From positions 105,703,098-105,767,097 of the forward strand of contig NC_052148.1 in the NCBI RefSeq assembly GCF_902713615.1: a stretch of 64,000 nt of DNA, given 5' to 3'. The notes under the pieces were generated by a model, which was not told where the DNA came from, searched no databases, and was given only the letters and a program-made list of their open reading frames with translations. Positions within the stretch are counted from its first letter, which is position 1, and each line of letters starts with the position of its first letter. Shown piece after piece: positions 46,726 through 60,925 of this stretch. The translations under genes were made by a program, and so were the position numbers. The DNA is from Scyliorhinus canicula (Eukaryota).

Positions 46726-47883
46726 ATGTTTTCTTGGTATAAATTCTTTTAAGCTGATCTTAAATGGGTTCTTAACTGTTTCCAGAGATTTTAGAATATA
46801 CTTCAATGATAACATCAAGGAATGTGTTTTCTACACTGATCTGCTTGTCCATTGATCTCTGTGCTGGAATGTATTTCTACAATAGTGTTTTATGGGGGCT
46901 TCACTGCAGTAAATGGTCAGTATGGCATTGTCCCATTCAGAAATGGAGAGTCCAGTTTGATTTCTGATCACTTGAGTTAGATATTTTAGTCAGGGTAGGG
47001 GGTCATATTTGGTCGCCTCATCCCTGGATACGAGAGAGAGCGAAGAAAGCTATAGCTCAGCCCATGCTTCTGAACACTATCCAGTGATCTTAGCTGAAAA
47101 TGTGTGTGGAGGCACATACTGTAGACACTCAACATGATCTAGCTGGATTATGCCCTCTACCAGAGTTGATTTGACTGTTATCATTTGCTGTGTGAGCTCT
47201 TGTTTGAAGAGTTGATGCTTCATAGGGGTACTGTTGCTGTGATGATATCTTCCAGCATGTGAGAAAAGCAAACACAGTGACAGTTGAAGGTATTGTAACC
47301 ACTTTAAATCGTTCCGCAAAGGAGAGATGTGATTGCTTCATTTAAGTATTCACCTTGGCAACAGAAGATATTTCAATTGTGTTACGATGATGTTAACTGA
47401 CTAAAGCATCCGTAACTAAACCAGTGCAGTTTCTGCTTTACATGGCTATGTAACTAAAAATTCCGAAGTATGAATTGGAGGGTGGGGATTTTTATCTTCA
47501 ATAACCAGTTTTAACATTCTGGTTTAAATAACTTTAAAGCAAAATAGCATTTAATGACAATTGTACTTCTCTGAAAATGAGTTGATCTGAACTTAAAGAT
47601 TACGGATTAGGTTGTCTGCACTGAAATCGTTGGCATGTCAGAGTACTCCTGATAGTTGCTTTCTATGACAGGCACAAATGATCATCCACTAAATCTGACA
47701 GGCATAACTGGAAAATTTCAGCTGGCCAGTAAGATGGGTCACCCAGATGATGTAGACCTTGTGAATTGCAATGACATTCCATGATTAAAAAGTGCTTCAT
47801 AGGTACAGCAATATATTATAATTCTTTCAATTTGTAGCACGGGGGAGTAAAGCAAAATTATAATTGAGATAAGTACATATACA

Positions 47884-47985
47884 AATAAAACCTGTAAGGT
47901 TTAATCTCGCATGGATCATGATTTATATGCAAAAACACTGGAAATAAATATTTAAAGTGCTTAAACTGTATTTGTCTTTATTAAC
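47884..47985 (+). terminator. Candidate SHLD3 polyadenylation signals
   Basis: AATAAA at 47884-47889 and 47943-47948 followed by a GT/T-rich stretch, about 1.75 kb after the SHLD3 stop; inference only. Confidence 0.4.
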
Positions 47986-48849
47986 CTGACTTTAGAAGCA
48001 GTGCATAATGTTGAACTGTCAGATTTCATGTATTCATTTAAAAAATCTGTATGGACTCATATTATTACGGAACATAAGACAAAGCTCTGAGTTTCAAATT
48101 AATTTTTCTCATACACGTTTTCTGGGTCAAGTGGGTTACTTATTAACTTGCCACTGCTCAAGTCCCTGAACGATAATGCTGTTCTGTCCACCATGAATTT
48201 TAAGGATAAGGAAGAGCAGCTTCATGCAGTCCATAATTTATAACCACGTGAGGTTGCATTCTTAAAATCTACAGATTTCAATGCTTCATATCCGCCCAGT
48301 TTTCTTCCTAGTGGGTTATTAATGGGAAAGTACATTTTTCTTTTGCCATAATGAAACATTTTGCCAAACCAGCTTAATGATTACATGCCTCATCTACTTT
48401 TCTCTACATTTTAAGAAAGATATTGGACGCACTGCAAGTTACCACTTCCTAATTGATTTTTGCATGTGGTTTATGAAGTCAACTGTTCACAGTGGCAGAC
48501 AAAAATTCCTACATTTGAAATAATAGGTTTTATGTGTTCAGATGATCCTCTTGCACCGTACTTTAATTGATAGTGCAACTCCAAATCAAAGCACTGCATT
48601 TCCTCAAGATAGCCCTATGCTTCACACACATAAGGACTGATACTACAATGTTATTACATGAGATTAAAAAAAAATAAAAAATTTAAATGTCCAATTCATT
48701 TTTTCCCCCAATTTAAGTGGCAATTTAGAATGGCCAATCCACCTATCCTGGACTTCTTTGGGTTGTAGGGGTGAGACCCACGCAAACACAGGGAGAATGT
48801 GCAAACTCCACACGGACAGTGACCCGGGGCCGGGATCAAAGCTAAGGAA

Positions 48850-50305
48850 ATTAAGTTGAAGAGGGCACAGGCTGTAAAGATATATGGGGATATATATGGG
48901 GAAACGTGAGGTTATGCACTTTGGTTGTAAAAACACAAAAATAGAATGCTTTTTTAAAAGATGTGAAAGTTGTAAATGTTTGTTCAGAGAGGCTTGGGTA
49001 TTTTTGCACAAGGAACTCAAAGTTAGCATGCAGATACAGCAAGAAATTGAGAAGACAATAACATGTTGGCTTTTTTTGGAAGGGGATTGGGGTACAAGAA
49101 CAAATAAGTCTTGCTGTAATTATGCGGGGCTTTGGCGAGATCACAATTTTGGTTTAAGGAGGGATATACCTGTGTTGGAGGCAGTACAGCGAAGAATTAC
49201 TAAGTTAGTCCCTGGGATGAGGGGGTGTCCTCTGATAAGAGGCTGAGTAAATTGGATTAATATGTCCTTCGGTTTAGAAGAATGAATGGTGATCTTCGTG
49301 AATGATTCAAGCTTCTGAAAGGGGTTGATGGGGTAGACACAGATTGCTTCCCTGGACTAGGCAATTTAGAACAGGAGATTATAGTCTTGTTATGGGCCAG
49401 GGTTTAGAGAACCCCAAAGTGTATCATGGAGTTCACCTGACCCACAACTTTTAATAGATTGTGGTACGGGGAGCACACGGCCCACTCTACAGGTGTGGTA
49501 CAGCAGAAATGGAAAAGTATTTTTTAAAGCAAAACAATGTTTATTCTATGAACTCAAGTTAACGTTTTTTAAAACGTACAGTGAACATCTTAGCAACCGT
49601 TAATACAAGCCCCAAAGAACACAACACTAAGTAATCCTTAAGCTGTCCTTTTTAACATCCATAAGACTTGAAAAAAAACCTTTAAACAGGAGCACATCAG
49701 GTTAAAGTCACTACTGAGAGCAGTTATGAGTTTTAAATCACCAAAGGATCAATTTACAATCTAGATGACAGAGAGAGAGAGACTAATACCCCTTCTGGCT
49801 GTGACTGCAGCTATCCAGCTCTGAAAATGAAACTATAAAACACCCTGCAGCCAACAGCCTAAAACGAAAGTAAAAAGCCAACAGACAGCCCAGCTCCACC
49901 CACTCTCTGGCATCACTGCAGTAATAAACACCTATTTCTTAAAGGTACACTCTCTACAGATATTTATATACACACCCATTTATAAACACCCATTTCTTAA
50001 AGGTGCATTTCTTAAACAGTCATTTCTTAAAGGTACTCTCACATGACAGTCTTAAGGATGAGAGAAGGTTATCATTTAGCAGTGAAAGTAGAAACCTCTT
50101 CACTCTAGGCTGTAAATGTTTCAAATTTCCTATCCCAGTTGGTTGTGGATGTTCCATTGTTGAATATATTTACGGCTGGAATAGGCAAAATTTCGGTTTC
50201 TCAGGGAATCAAGTCATATGGGGAACAGGCATGAAGCTAAAGAGTGTATTGAATGAAGGAGCAGGCTAGATGGGCCATGTGGTCTATTCCTATCTCGTGT
50301 TATTA
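48850..50305 (+). mobile_element. Degraded CR1 3' portion interrupted by a solo LTR
   Basis: EVMHFGCKN, LEAVQRRITKLVPGMRG and CR1-type 3'UTR. Confidence 0.65.
49388..50048 (-). mobile_element. Solo LTR (661 bp)
   Basis: TGTTATGGG...CATGACA; 4-bp TSD GTCT; interrupts a CR1. Confidence 0.85.
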
Positions 50306-53300
50306 TGCATGATTCGCCAGGACACTGATCCCACATGGTTCAGGTGAAGACTGTTCAAATGGTCAACAGCTACTTTCATTCTCGATAAGTGAAATTAAAT
50401 GTTCTGCATTTTTGCAGTAATAATGATTGTTGGGGTGGCACAGTAGTTACCACTGCTGCCTCACGGAGCCAAGGACCCACATTCAACCCCGGTCCTGGGT
50501 CACTGTCTGTGTGGAATTTGCACATTCTCCCCGTGTCTGCATGGGTCTCACCCCCAAAACCTAAAGATGTGCAAGTTAGCTGGATTGACCATGCTAAATT
50601 GCGCCTTAATTTGAAAACAAAAAGAATTGGGCACTCATTTAAAAAAAAAATGACTGTCAATGATCACTGTCATTACTCCTCTGAAACTGACAGTAGGTTC
50701 CAGAATCTACAAATGCCTAGTTAAAACACAGAAATCTCCACATGGTGACTTATTGATGTACCCTAGCCCTGTCCCAAGCCTGAAATCTAAAAATTACTAG
50801 CTCATGGAAAAAGCCTTGAAAATGTATATCTGTCTAACAACGTACTAAGTTTATAATTACTGCTGAAAAATCTCTGACCGTGGAAAATTTATTTTAGAGT
50901 TGTGAAATGTCAAATTTGTCAAATTTCACATTTTAAAATGTTGATAAATTTTGATGTTGATTTCCACCTTATAGCACTTTGTATGTCCCATTTAAATTTT
51001 TTCAGTCTTTTAAAAATGTAATTAAAATTGTAGGATCATCTATGAATTTTACTCTCTGGTTTTCTGTCTGAGAGAATACTTCAGGCTTAATAATAATATC
51101 TTTATTAGTGTCACAAGTAGGTTTACATTAACACTGCAATGAAGTAACTGAAAATTCCCCTAGTTGCCACACTCTGGCGCTTGTTTGGGTACATGGAGGG
51201 AAAATTCAGAATGTCCAAATCACCGAGCAAGTATGTCTTGGTACTTGTGAGAGGAAACCAGACACTGGGAGAACGTACAGACTCCGCACAGACAATCACC
51301 CAAGCGGTGAATAGAACCCAGGTCCCTGGAACTGTGAAGCAACAGTGCTAACGACTGTGCTACCGTGCCACTCCTTCTTACCCTGTTTGTTGAACCCCTG
51401 AAGATCCAGTTGACTTGGCGGCAGAATAACTGACTTTGAAAAAGGTGAAATCCATGCCACAGATTGCTGGATCTTTATGGACAGCTTTCTTTGTGGTCAA
51501 AGTGTTGAGTGCTGTCATTTTTCCTTGAGGGCAAATTCCAAGTCCATGATCTAGATGACTTTAGTAACAGCAGAGAGGTATGGTCATCCATGTGGAGTAA
51601 TTTGATTGTTGCACCAATCTAGTCATCAATGTATCCAAGCTAGTGTATACAAAGTTTTTTTTAAAAAGCTGTGTTTGTTACCCAAGTTCCCTGCCCTAGC
51701 CCAGGTTACTCATTTAATTAATATAACTTAATTTGTATGAGTGATGGGCAAGCTTTCACGTGTACTCATTTTAAAATTGCCTTTAAAAGGGAACTGAATA
51801 CAATTTCTCAGTTACTAGTTAATGTATCATTCGAAGGAATCTTTCTCTTAGCTTTGTGTTGGTGGTTCCTCACTCTTTGCCCTCTTAAGTTTATGTCTTT
51901 GGTCTATTGCACTATTTTTCCTGTCTATTTGAGCTGGGTTTTCACAGATGAGGATGAGAAATTGATGAGGAAAGGCAGTATCCAGCAGGGCCATGACTGA
52001 TGTTAAAGATGAGCACATGGGTTGAGCGAGAAATATAATCAGTCACAGGCTGCTTTTTATGTTCACAAAGAGGTCAGGCAGAGGTGTATGTTGAGTTTAT
52101 GGAGGTGCAGTAAAGCAGGTGAGACAAAACGTCATAGCATTTTCTGGTTTATAAGATTAACAATAGGAACATGAGTAGGTCATTCTGCCCTTTGAGTCTG
52201 CTCCATCATGGAAGATCAGCCATGATTGTATTCAATCTCAATTCCACTTCACTGCACTTTCCCATATCATCCTCTTTGTACCCAAAAACGTATCAACCTA
52301 TATTTTGAATATAATCAAAGACTGAGTATCCATAGCTCTTTTGGGTAGAGTTCCAAAGATTCGCAATCATTTGAGTGAAGACATTTCTCCTCATCTCTGT
52401 CTTAATTGGGTGACTGAGAACTCCTGGTCTAGATTCCCTGGCCAGGGGGAACTCTACTTTGTCAAGCTGTTAAGAATTTTGCATGTTTCAATACATCCCC
52501 TCTCATTTTTCAATGGCTGCTCTCCGTCTCCATATGACAATGGTTTGCGCCATAGTGGTCATCACTGTGTGAGGCTCAGGAACTCCACTGTGACGTGGCA
52601 GTGCCTGTTGAGTTTGCTGCAGCTGAAGATGGTGGGATGAGAAGGTGAACAATTAGCTGGCTTTATTAGCTGGCGTCTGTTTTCTCTGGGCTCTAGGCTC
52701 TCTTCTTTGCCATGCTCATTCTTCAAAACCCCAGTGAACATGTATCTAGTCTACTTAATTTCTCCTCCCAGGACAATCCCTTCATCCCAGTCTCCATTAA
52801 ACCTGGATCAATGATGAAAGAGTGAGGGATGCATAACTGGCCACGAATTGGTAAATTATTCTAATTGCAGTTTTGGGCTACTTAGCACATGAGTACTTCA
52901 TACTGCACAATGGAGGGTGTCCTTACTGAAGATTTTATTTTCAGTGTGGTGTCACTCCTACCATTGCTTTTGTAGACAGATGATTGAGGATGTGACCAAG
53001 GTGCTCCATCAGAAAGGCAAAGTCAAGACAGTTTCCTTTAGAACACTTCATTGAAATTTGAACACTCATTTGAACAGGAAAGGGGGAAAAGCAGAGAAAT
53101 GGAAATTTAGTGAATCAAATTTAGCTGTTCATCATTACTGGTATAGCCATGATGGGACAACTTGCAACTGGAGTCTCGTGCAGGCCAAATTGCATGAAGA
53201 TAGAGTTCCCCCTCTGAAGGACACCAGTAATCCAGTTGGATTTTTACAAAATCCAGCAGTCTTTTGGTCGCATTGAGTGATGTCTGCTTTTAACTTTCTT

Positions 53301-53788
53301 CCCTATGTTTTTCTTAAAACGGAATTCAAGTTCACATATTCACATCTGGGGGTGGGGTTGCGGGGATTTGAAATCACGTTCTTGAGATTAGCACCACGAC
53401 AGACAAATACGGTGACTTCACATCATTTCTGGAAAATATGTTTAAAACTTCTGCAGAATTCAATTTTATGAACTGAAAAATATTCATAATTTACAAAAGA
53501 TGAGCTGTTTTGATTTTTGTTGGATAAACCTTTTGAGATATAGTAAAAGCAGTTCACTGATCTGTTAGGATTTAATTAAATGACAAGAACAGGCTCAAGT
53601 GGCTGAATGGCCTGCTCTTGTTCCAATGTTCAGTAATCCTCTCTCTTAATATTTTACAGTAATTGATACTGAGTTAAATTGCCTAATACTATTGGTACTG
53701 TAGCTAGTGCTGTTTGATTTTTGACAAATATTTTTGAACTGATCGTTTTGACTCTTTACTATAATTCTTTCCTCATTTCATATTATAG

Positions 53789-53857
53789 TGATGAGACTAA
53801 CCAAACCAACGTTGTTTACCAACCTGCCAGTGACCTGTGAAGATAGAGACCTGCCTG
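53789..53857 (+). CDS. TRAPPC13: TRAPPC13 coding exon 2
   Basis: tatAG|TG...CCTG|GTgagc; 69 nt, (V)[22 protein letters not shown]; phase compatible with exon 1. Confidence 0.96.
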
Positions 53858-54106
53858 GTGAGCTTGGATAATTCTTGGAATTATTTTAGATAATCAAAAA
53901 TGTTAACATGCAACACTACACGTCATGAAGCATGATCTAAATCTGTGTTAACTGTTAATTGGTTTTTCAGAGACCACTCTTTTCTGATCTTAAGAGTTTA
54001 AAAATATTTACTTCTATTCTATTATATGGAAGCATTCCATATACACAAAATTCTGTTGTCTCCTTGTACTAGAGTCTCAGGTACTGCTAGTGTGACCTAA
54101 GTGTGT

Positions 54107-54682
54107 TGTTATGGGAGCGGCATTTTCAGAACCCCAAAATGTATCATGGAGTTCAACCAACCTCTCCCTTTAATGTATTGTTGCTTTTGAAGCACACGGC
54201 TTGGTCTCCAGGTGTGGTAGTACAATTATGGACATGTGGTTTTTAAAACAAGACAATGTTTATTCCATGAACTCAACTTAACCTTTTAAAATAAACATTG
54301 GATCTCTTAACACCCCTTACTTCAAAGATAACCCCGAAAATAATACAACACAAGATAATCCCTGAAAACGTTCCTTCAAACCTCCAAAAGACTTAACACC
54401 TTTAAACAGAAACACATCAGGTTAAAGACATTACTGTTATGAGTTTAAATCACCCAAATGATTCAGAGATAGTCTTTCCTGGCACAGATCACAGCAAATC
54501 CAGCTCCCTGCAAAACACAGACACACCCAAGCTCTTTTCCTCAAAACTGAAACCAAAACACTGCAAAAAGCAGAAGTGATCTCAGCTCCCCGCTCTGACA
54601 TCACTTCAGTAGTATGAGGTGCTCCATTTCTTAAAGGTGCATTGCTTAAACATTCATTTCTTAAAGGTACTCTCACATGACG
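54107..54682 (-). mobile_element. Solo LTR (576 bp), related to 49388-50048
   Basis: Shares TGTTATGGG..AGAACCCCAAA.TGTATCATGGAGTTCA and CATTTCTTAAAGGTACTCTCACATGAC; TSD GTGT/GTAT. Confidence 0.8.
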
Positions 54683-57307
54683 GTATAAAAAAAACAAGGC
54701 CCTTCATAACAAGCCTATTTTACTGTCTTTGCAAAAATTGCTTTCTTTGAACATATCAAATAGTACCTCGCATATTCACATCATCCAGAAGGTATCGGGC
54801 AAGAATGGAGTGATATTGTTAATGCCATTTTGCGGTGCATTTTGGAACCATCCATTGTTGCTAAAATCGGTTAGTGTAAAACAGACCGAACAGAAATCTG
54901 CTTGCCATGTTTGTTTTTAGGCTGCTAGATTTGATTGCAGTAATTCTGCTGATACTGGACTCTATTCATGCCCACCGATCATGAGTATTCCACAGGATGT
55001 CAATCGAGAGTTTCGAGCCAGAGCATCAGTTTCCATTTGCTGGGCCTGTACAGAGTGGAGTTTGAATCTTGCTGCTTAAGACAAAGAATCCTCCTATTAA
55101 GCTAAGAGTTCATCGACTCCTTCCTGAACTTCTGCTCTCAGGACCTGCCATCCACAGTGTTCTCTTAGTACATTTCTAATAACTCGGATAGCACGGTAGC
55201 CAGGGACTTGGGTTCAATTCTTTTTTTAAAAATAAATTTAGATTAGCCAATTATTTTTTCCAATTAAGGGGCAATTTAGCGTGGCCAATCCACCTACTCT
55301 GCACATTTTTGGGTTGTGGGGGTGAAACCCACGCAGACACGGGGAGACTGTGCAAACTCCACACGGACAGTGACCCAGAGCCGGGATCGAAACCTGGGAC
55401 CTCAGTGCCGTGAGGCGGTTGTGCTAACCACTAGGCCACCGTGCTGCCCTTCTTGGGTTCAATTCTGGCCTTGGGTGACTGTATGGAGTTTGCACATTCT
55501 CCCCATGACAGCGTGGGTTTCCTCCCATGATCCAAATATGTGCAGATTAGGTGGAATGGCTGTGCTAAATTCCCCTTAGTGTCCATAGATGTGGAGGTTA
55601 GTTGGGGTTACGGAGATAGAGCAGGGAAGTGGGCCGAGGTAGGATTCTCTTTCAGAGGGTCGGTGTACACTAGATGGGCTGAATAATCTCCTTCTGCATT
55701 GCAGGAATTCTATGTTTCTGACTCCAAATCCCATGTGAGAAAATGTCCTGTTCTTGAAATAACCTATTAAGGTTACTTGTTACAACACCTGTGACTGTGG
55801 AAGAGTGAAAATGTTTGCCAGTATTAATTTCAACCTCGCAGCTGTTCGCATGCCATCTCCGCACACCGAGATGACTACCTCATCTGTATAACACCCCCAC
55901 CAATGAGATTAACCCTTTAGTTTGTTGCCTCCCAAAATAACCTAGCTCTCTTTATGACCTGGAAACAGACTTTCCCAGTCCTAACTACGGGTCAACTGTT
56001 CCCTACTGCCTGATCTATGCCATGGCAGCATTCCCACTTTTGTTTTCTTTATCGTTCATGAGATGTGGGCGTTGCTGGCTGGACCAGTATTTATTGCCCA
56101 TCCCTGAGGCATTTAAGAATCGACCCCATTGCTATGAGTCTGGAGCCACATATAGGCCAGATCAGGTAAGGGTGACAGATGTCCTTCCCTAAAGGACGTT
56201 AATGAACCAGATGGGTTTTTACGACAATCGACAATGGTTTCACAGTCATCATTAGACTTTTACATAGAACATTGAACATACAGTGCAGAAGGAGGCCATT
56301 CGGCCTATCGAGTCTGCACCTACCCACTTAAGCCCTCACTTCCACCCTATCCCCGTAACCCAATAACCCCATCTAACCTTTTTGATCACCAAGGGCAATA
56401 TATCATGGCCAATCCACCTAACCTGCACGTCTTTGGACTGTGGGAGGAAACCGGAGCACCCGGAGGAAACCCATGCAGACACGGGGAGAACGTGCAGACT
56501 CCACACCAGACAGTGACCCAGCGGGGAATCGAATCTGGAACCCTGGCGCTGTGAAGCCACAGTGCTATCCACTTGTGCTACCGTGCTGCCCCTTTAATTC
56601 CAGATTTTTTATTGAATTCAAATTTCACCATCTGCCATGGTGGGATTCGAAACCAGGACCCCACAGCATGACTCTGGGTCTCTGGATTACAAGTCCAGCG
56701 ATAATATCACTTTGCCACTGCCTTCCTAAGTCATTATTTAATGTTCAATGTTTTGACTGTTTTTATGGGCATAATCATAATCGTTAGTGTTACAAGCCGG
56801 CTTACATTAACATGGCAATGAAGTTACTGTGTTACATGTTCTTATCAAATCCCAGATCTAATGCTCCATATCCTTCAATTATTTCCCCCCTCTCCCCACC
56901 CCCAGCAAACTACCACTGCATAACTCCTCCTACCGATAGCCATACAGTAAAAATCTCCATCCCAAACAACATTGCAAGGCCCACTCGTTGCTTTCTGTAC
57001 TCTGCCTCACTGAGGAGGTCACATTTTCTACCTGAGGCTGCTGTCCAACTTGTTGCCTTCCTCACTTGCACTTATTCACGTGAAAACCATCTACTGACTC
57101 CAATACTGACTGTCCAAATCTTCTCTTTTTTTTCTCCCTCCCATGTTAAATTGTCTTTAAAACCTGATTGATTCAAATGTTGGGAAGACCTCTTTCCCAA
57201 ATCCTTGTATTTTTATTTAAAGCCTTGTTTTGTAGAAAGCATTCAATTAATATAAAAAAATATATTCTGGAATCACGTGCCAGTTAATGTCAATTTTTTA
57301 ACCTCAG

Positions 57308-57407
57308 GAGATCTTTTCAGTCAACTTATGAAGGATGATCCCTCAACAGTTAAAGGAGCAGAGACCTTTATGTTGGGGGAAATGCTGACTCTCCCTCAGA
57401 ACTTTGG
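57308..57407 (+). CDS. TRAPPC13: TRAPPC13 coding exon 3
   Basis: ctcAG|GA...TTTGG|GTaaga; 100 nt, (G)[32 protein letters not shown](G). Confidence 0.96.
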
Positions 57408-57618
57408 GTAAGAATTCCTCAATTATTTGCATATGTTCTGTCACTAAGGCACACATTTTCATTTCTACTCTCTTCCCTCCTTTTTCCCAACCCGCCAAGG
57501 GCCAAACAAAAATGGCCATGGAACTGGGATACTATTGTGCAATCATCTTTTTGGGCAGGGTGGAAAGAGAATGCTAAAGGACTATACACTGCATTTTCAG
57601 GCGAATCACTAACCTTTT

Positions 57619-59664
57619 TTTTTAAAAAATAATTTTTATTGAGAAATTTTGATTTTATACAACAATAACGCACCTTAGTAAAATACCGAAAATAACAATA
57701 ATATTAACAATCATATACATTCGCCCCATCCCCATGAACAACCCAGCATTTTAACAACAACGCAAATTAACACACTATAAAGTTACAGAATAAACACTAC
57801 AATAATGCACCCCCCCCCCCCCCCCCCCGGGTTGCTGCTGCTATTGACCCAGTTACCTATCTCTGAGCCAGGAAGTCCAGAAAAGGCTGCCATCGTTTAT
57901 AGAACCCTTGTATTGATCCTCTCAGGGCAAATTTGACCTTTTCCAATTTTATAAATCCCGCCATGTCACTGATCCAGGTCTCCACGCTTGGGGGCCTTGC
58001 ATCCTTCCATTGTAACAGAATCCTTCGACGGGCTACTAGGGACGCAAAGGCCAGGACACCGGCCTCTTTCGCCTCCTGCACTCCCGGCTCCACCCCAACC
58101 CCAAAAATCGCGAGTCCCCACCCTGGTTTGACCCTGGATCCAACCACCCTCGACACCGTCCCCGCCACCCCCTTCCAGAATTCTTCCAGTGCTGGGCATG
58201 CCCAGAACATATGGGCGTGGTTCGCAGGACTCCCCGAACATCTGGTGCACCTGTCCTCACCCCCGAAGAACCTACTCATCCTAGTCCCGGACATATGGGC
58301 CCGGTGCAGCACCTTAAATTGGATGAGACTAAGCCTCGCACATGAGGAGGAGGAGTTGACTCTCTCCAAGGCCTCCGCCCAAGTCCCGTCCTCTATCTGC
58401 TCCCCGAGCTCCTCCTCCCATTTAGCCTTCAGCTCCTCCACTGACGACTCCTCCACCTCCTGCATTACCTTATAGATGTCAGACACCTTCCCCTCTCCTA
58501 CCCACACCCCCGAAAGCACTCTGTCCATCGTCCCCTGCGAGGGCAGCAAAGGGAATCCCTCTACCTGTCGCCTAGCAAACGCCTTTACCTGCAGGTATCT
58601 GAACATGTTCCCCTGGGGAAGGCCAAATTTATCTTCCAGTTCCCCCAGGCCCGCAAACCTCCTGCCAATAAACAGGTCCCTCAATTTGCTGATGCCCGCC
58701 CTTTGCCATCCCCTGAATCCCCCATCCGTGTTCCCCGGGATGAACCGATGGTTGCCACCCAGTGGAGCCTCCATCGAGCCCCCTGTTTCCCCCCGATGCC
58801 GTCTCCACTGTCCCCAGATTCTTAGGGTCGCCGCCACCACCGGGCTCGTGGTAACCCTCTTGGGGGAGAGCGGCAACGGTGCCGTTACCATGGCACCCAG
58901 GCTTGTACCTCTACATGACGCCATCTCCATTCTTTTCCACGCCGCCCCTCCCCCCTCCACCCATTTACGCACCATTGACACATTGGCTGCCCAATAGTAC
59001 CCCAGAAAGTTGGGCAGCGCCAACCCGCCTCTATCCCTTCCTCGCTCCAGGAATACCCTCCTCACTCTCGGAGTCCCATGTGCCCACACAAAGCTCAGAA
59101 TACTGCCGGTCACTCTCCTAAAGAAGGCCCTGGGGATAAATATGGGCAGGCACTGAAAAAGGAACAAGAACCTCGGAAGCACTGTCATTTTGACGGACTG
59201 CACCCTCCCCGCCAACGACAATGGCAGCATGTCCCACCTCCTGAACTCCTCCTCCATCTGATCTACCAGTCTGGTAAAGTTATGCTTGTGGAGAGTCCCC
59301 CAGTCCCTGGCCACTTGCACCCCCAGGTACCTAAAGCTCTCCCCTGCCCGCCTAAGCGGGAGCCTACCAATTCCTTCCTCCTGGTCTCCAGGGTGCACCA
59401 CAAACACCTCGCTCTTGCCTAAGTTTAATTTATAACCTGAGACGGTCCCAAACTCGGCTAGTAACTCCATCACTCCCGGCATCCCTCCCACCGGGTCCGC
59501 CACATACAGTAACAGGTCGTCGGCATACAACGACACCCTATGTTCCTCTCCACCTCGCACCAAGCGTCTCCACCTCTCTGAATCTCTCAATGCCATCGCC
59601 AGCGGCTCGATTGCCAGTGCAAACAACAAGGGGGACAAGGGGCAACCCTGCCTGGTCCCTCGGT
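57619..59664 (-). mobile_element. 5'-truncated young L1 with open ORF2 C-terminal half
   Basis: Open frame from HRGTRQG to stop, highly similar to the 27841-31635 ORF2; TSD GAATCACTAACCTTTT at 57603-57618 and 59665-59680. Confidence 0.93.
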
Positions 59665-59699
59665 GAATCACTAACCTTTTAATTGTCGCAGGGTTTGAG

Positions 59700-60925
59700 G
59701 ATTTTTTCTCTTCATTACCCCACAGTAACATACCCAACTTTCCCCCGCCCTAACTCCTAACTACCCATATATTAGATTCCCTGCCCTTATTCTCCACTTC
59801 CATGCTTCCTCCTCTCTTTCTCTCTCTCTCTTCCCCCCCACCTTCTGCTGATGGTCAATTTTCCTTAAAGAAGTCGATGAGCGGCTGCCACCTCTGAGCG
59901 AACCCCTGTATTGATTCTCTCAAGGCGAACTTAAACTTCTCTAGCCTGAGAAACTCTGTCATGTCACTGACCCACACCCCCGACTTGGAGGCTCCGAGTC
60001 CCTCCATCCCAGCAAAATCTGTCTCCAGGATACCAGGAAGGCAAAGGCCGAGACGTCAGCCTTTCTTGCCCCCGGGCTCCCGGATCTTCCGACACTCCAA
60101 ATATTGCCACCTCTGGACTCGACGTCGCCCTCCCTTCCAGGATCTCTGACGTGCCATCTGCGAATCCCTGCCAAAATCCCCTCAGCTTCGGGCACACCCA
60201 AAACATATGTACACGATTTGCCGGACTTCCCCTGCACCTCCCACAGCTATTCTCCACCTCCTCAAAAAACCTACTCATTCGGGCCACAGTCATATGAGCC
60301 CTGTGGACCACTTTGAAATGGATCCGGACAAAGTTCCGTACCTGCAAGTACTGAAATACATTCCCACCCGGTAACTCAAACTCCTCCTGTATCTCCTCCA
60401 GGCTCGGGAAACCCTTCTCAATGAAAAGGTCCCCAAATCTCTCAATCCCTGCCCACTGCCATCTCCTAAAACCCCCATCCAGCCCCCCCGGAGTAATCGG
60501 TGATTGTCATAGATTGGTGACTACACCGACGCCCCCGCCAGTCTCATATGCTGCCTCCATTGGCCCCACTATCTCAGGGCTGCCACGACCACTGGGCTTG
60601 TGGAGCACCGAGCCAGCGAGGACGGTAGGGGTGCCGTCAACAGAGTCTCTAGACTTGTGCCCCTACATGATTCCGCCTCTAACTGCTCCCATACCGACCC
60701 CACCCCCATTACCCAGTTCCTACTCATCAAAATATTAGCCACCCAATAGTAATTAATAAAGTTTGAAAGGGCCAAACCTTCCTCCCCGCGCCCCTGCTCA
60801 AGAAGGACCTTCTTCACTCTCAGGGCTTTCCCAGCCCATATAAAACCCGAGATCGCCGCATTCATTTTCTAAAAGATTCCTGGGGATAAAGATTGGGAGA
60901 CACTAAAACACAAACAGCAATCTTG
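59700..60925 (-). mobile_element. Older L1 3' fragment adjacent to the young insertion
   Basis: FKVVHRAHMTVARMSRFF, HMFWVCP and NYYWVAN fragments. Confidence 0.75.

Noticed and set aside
57857-59737. 626-aa ORF as a novel chimeric gene
   Set aside because: The first ~24 aa are flank and TSD read through from a TTG into a truncated L1 ORF2; no ATG or promoter evidence
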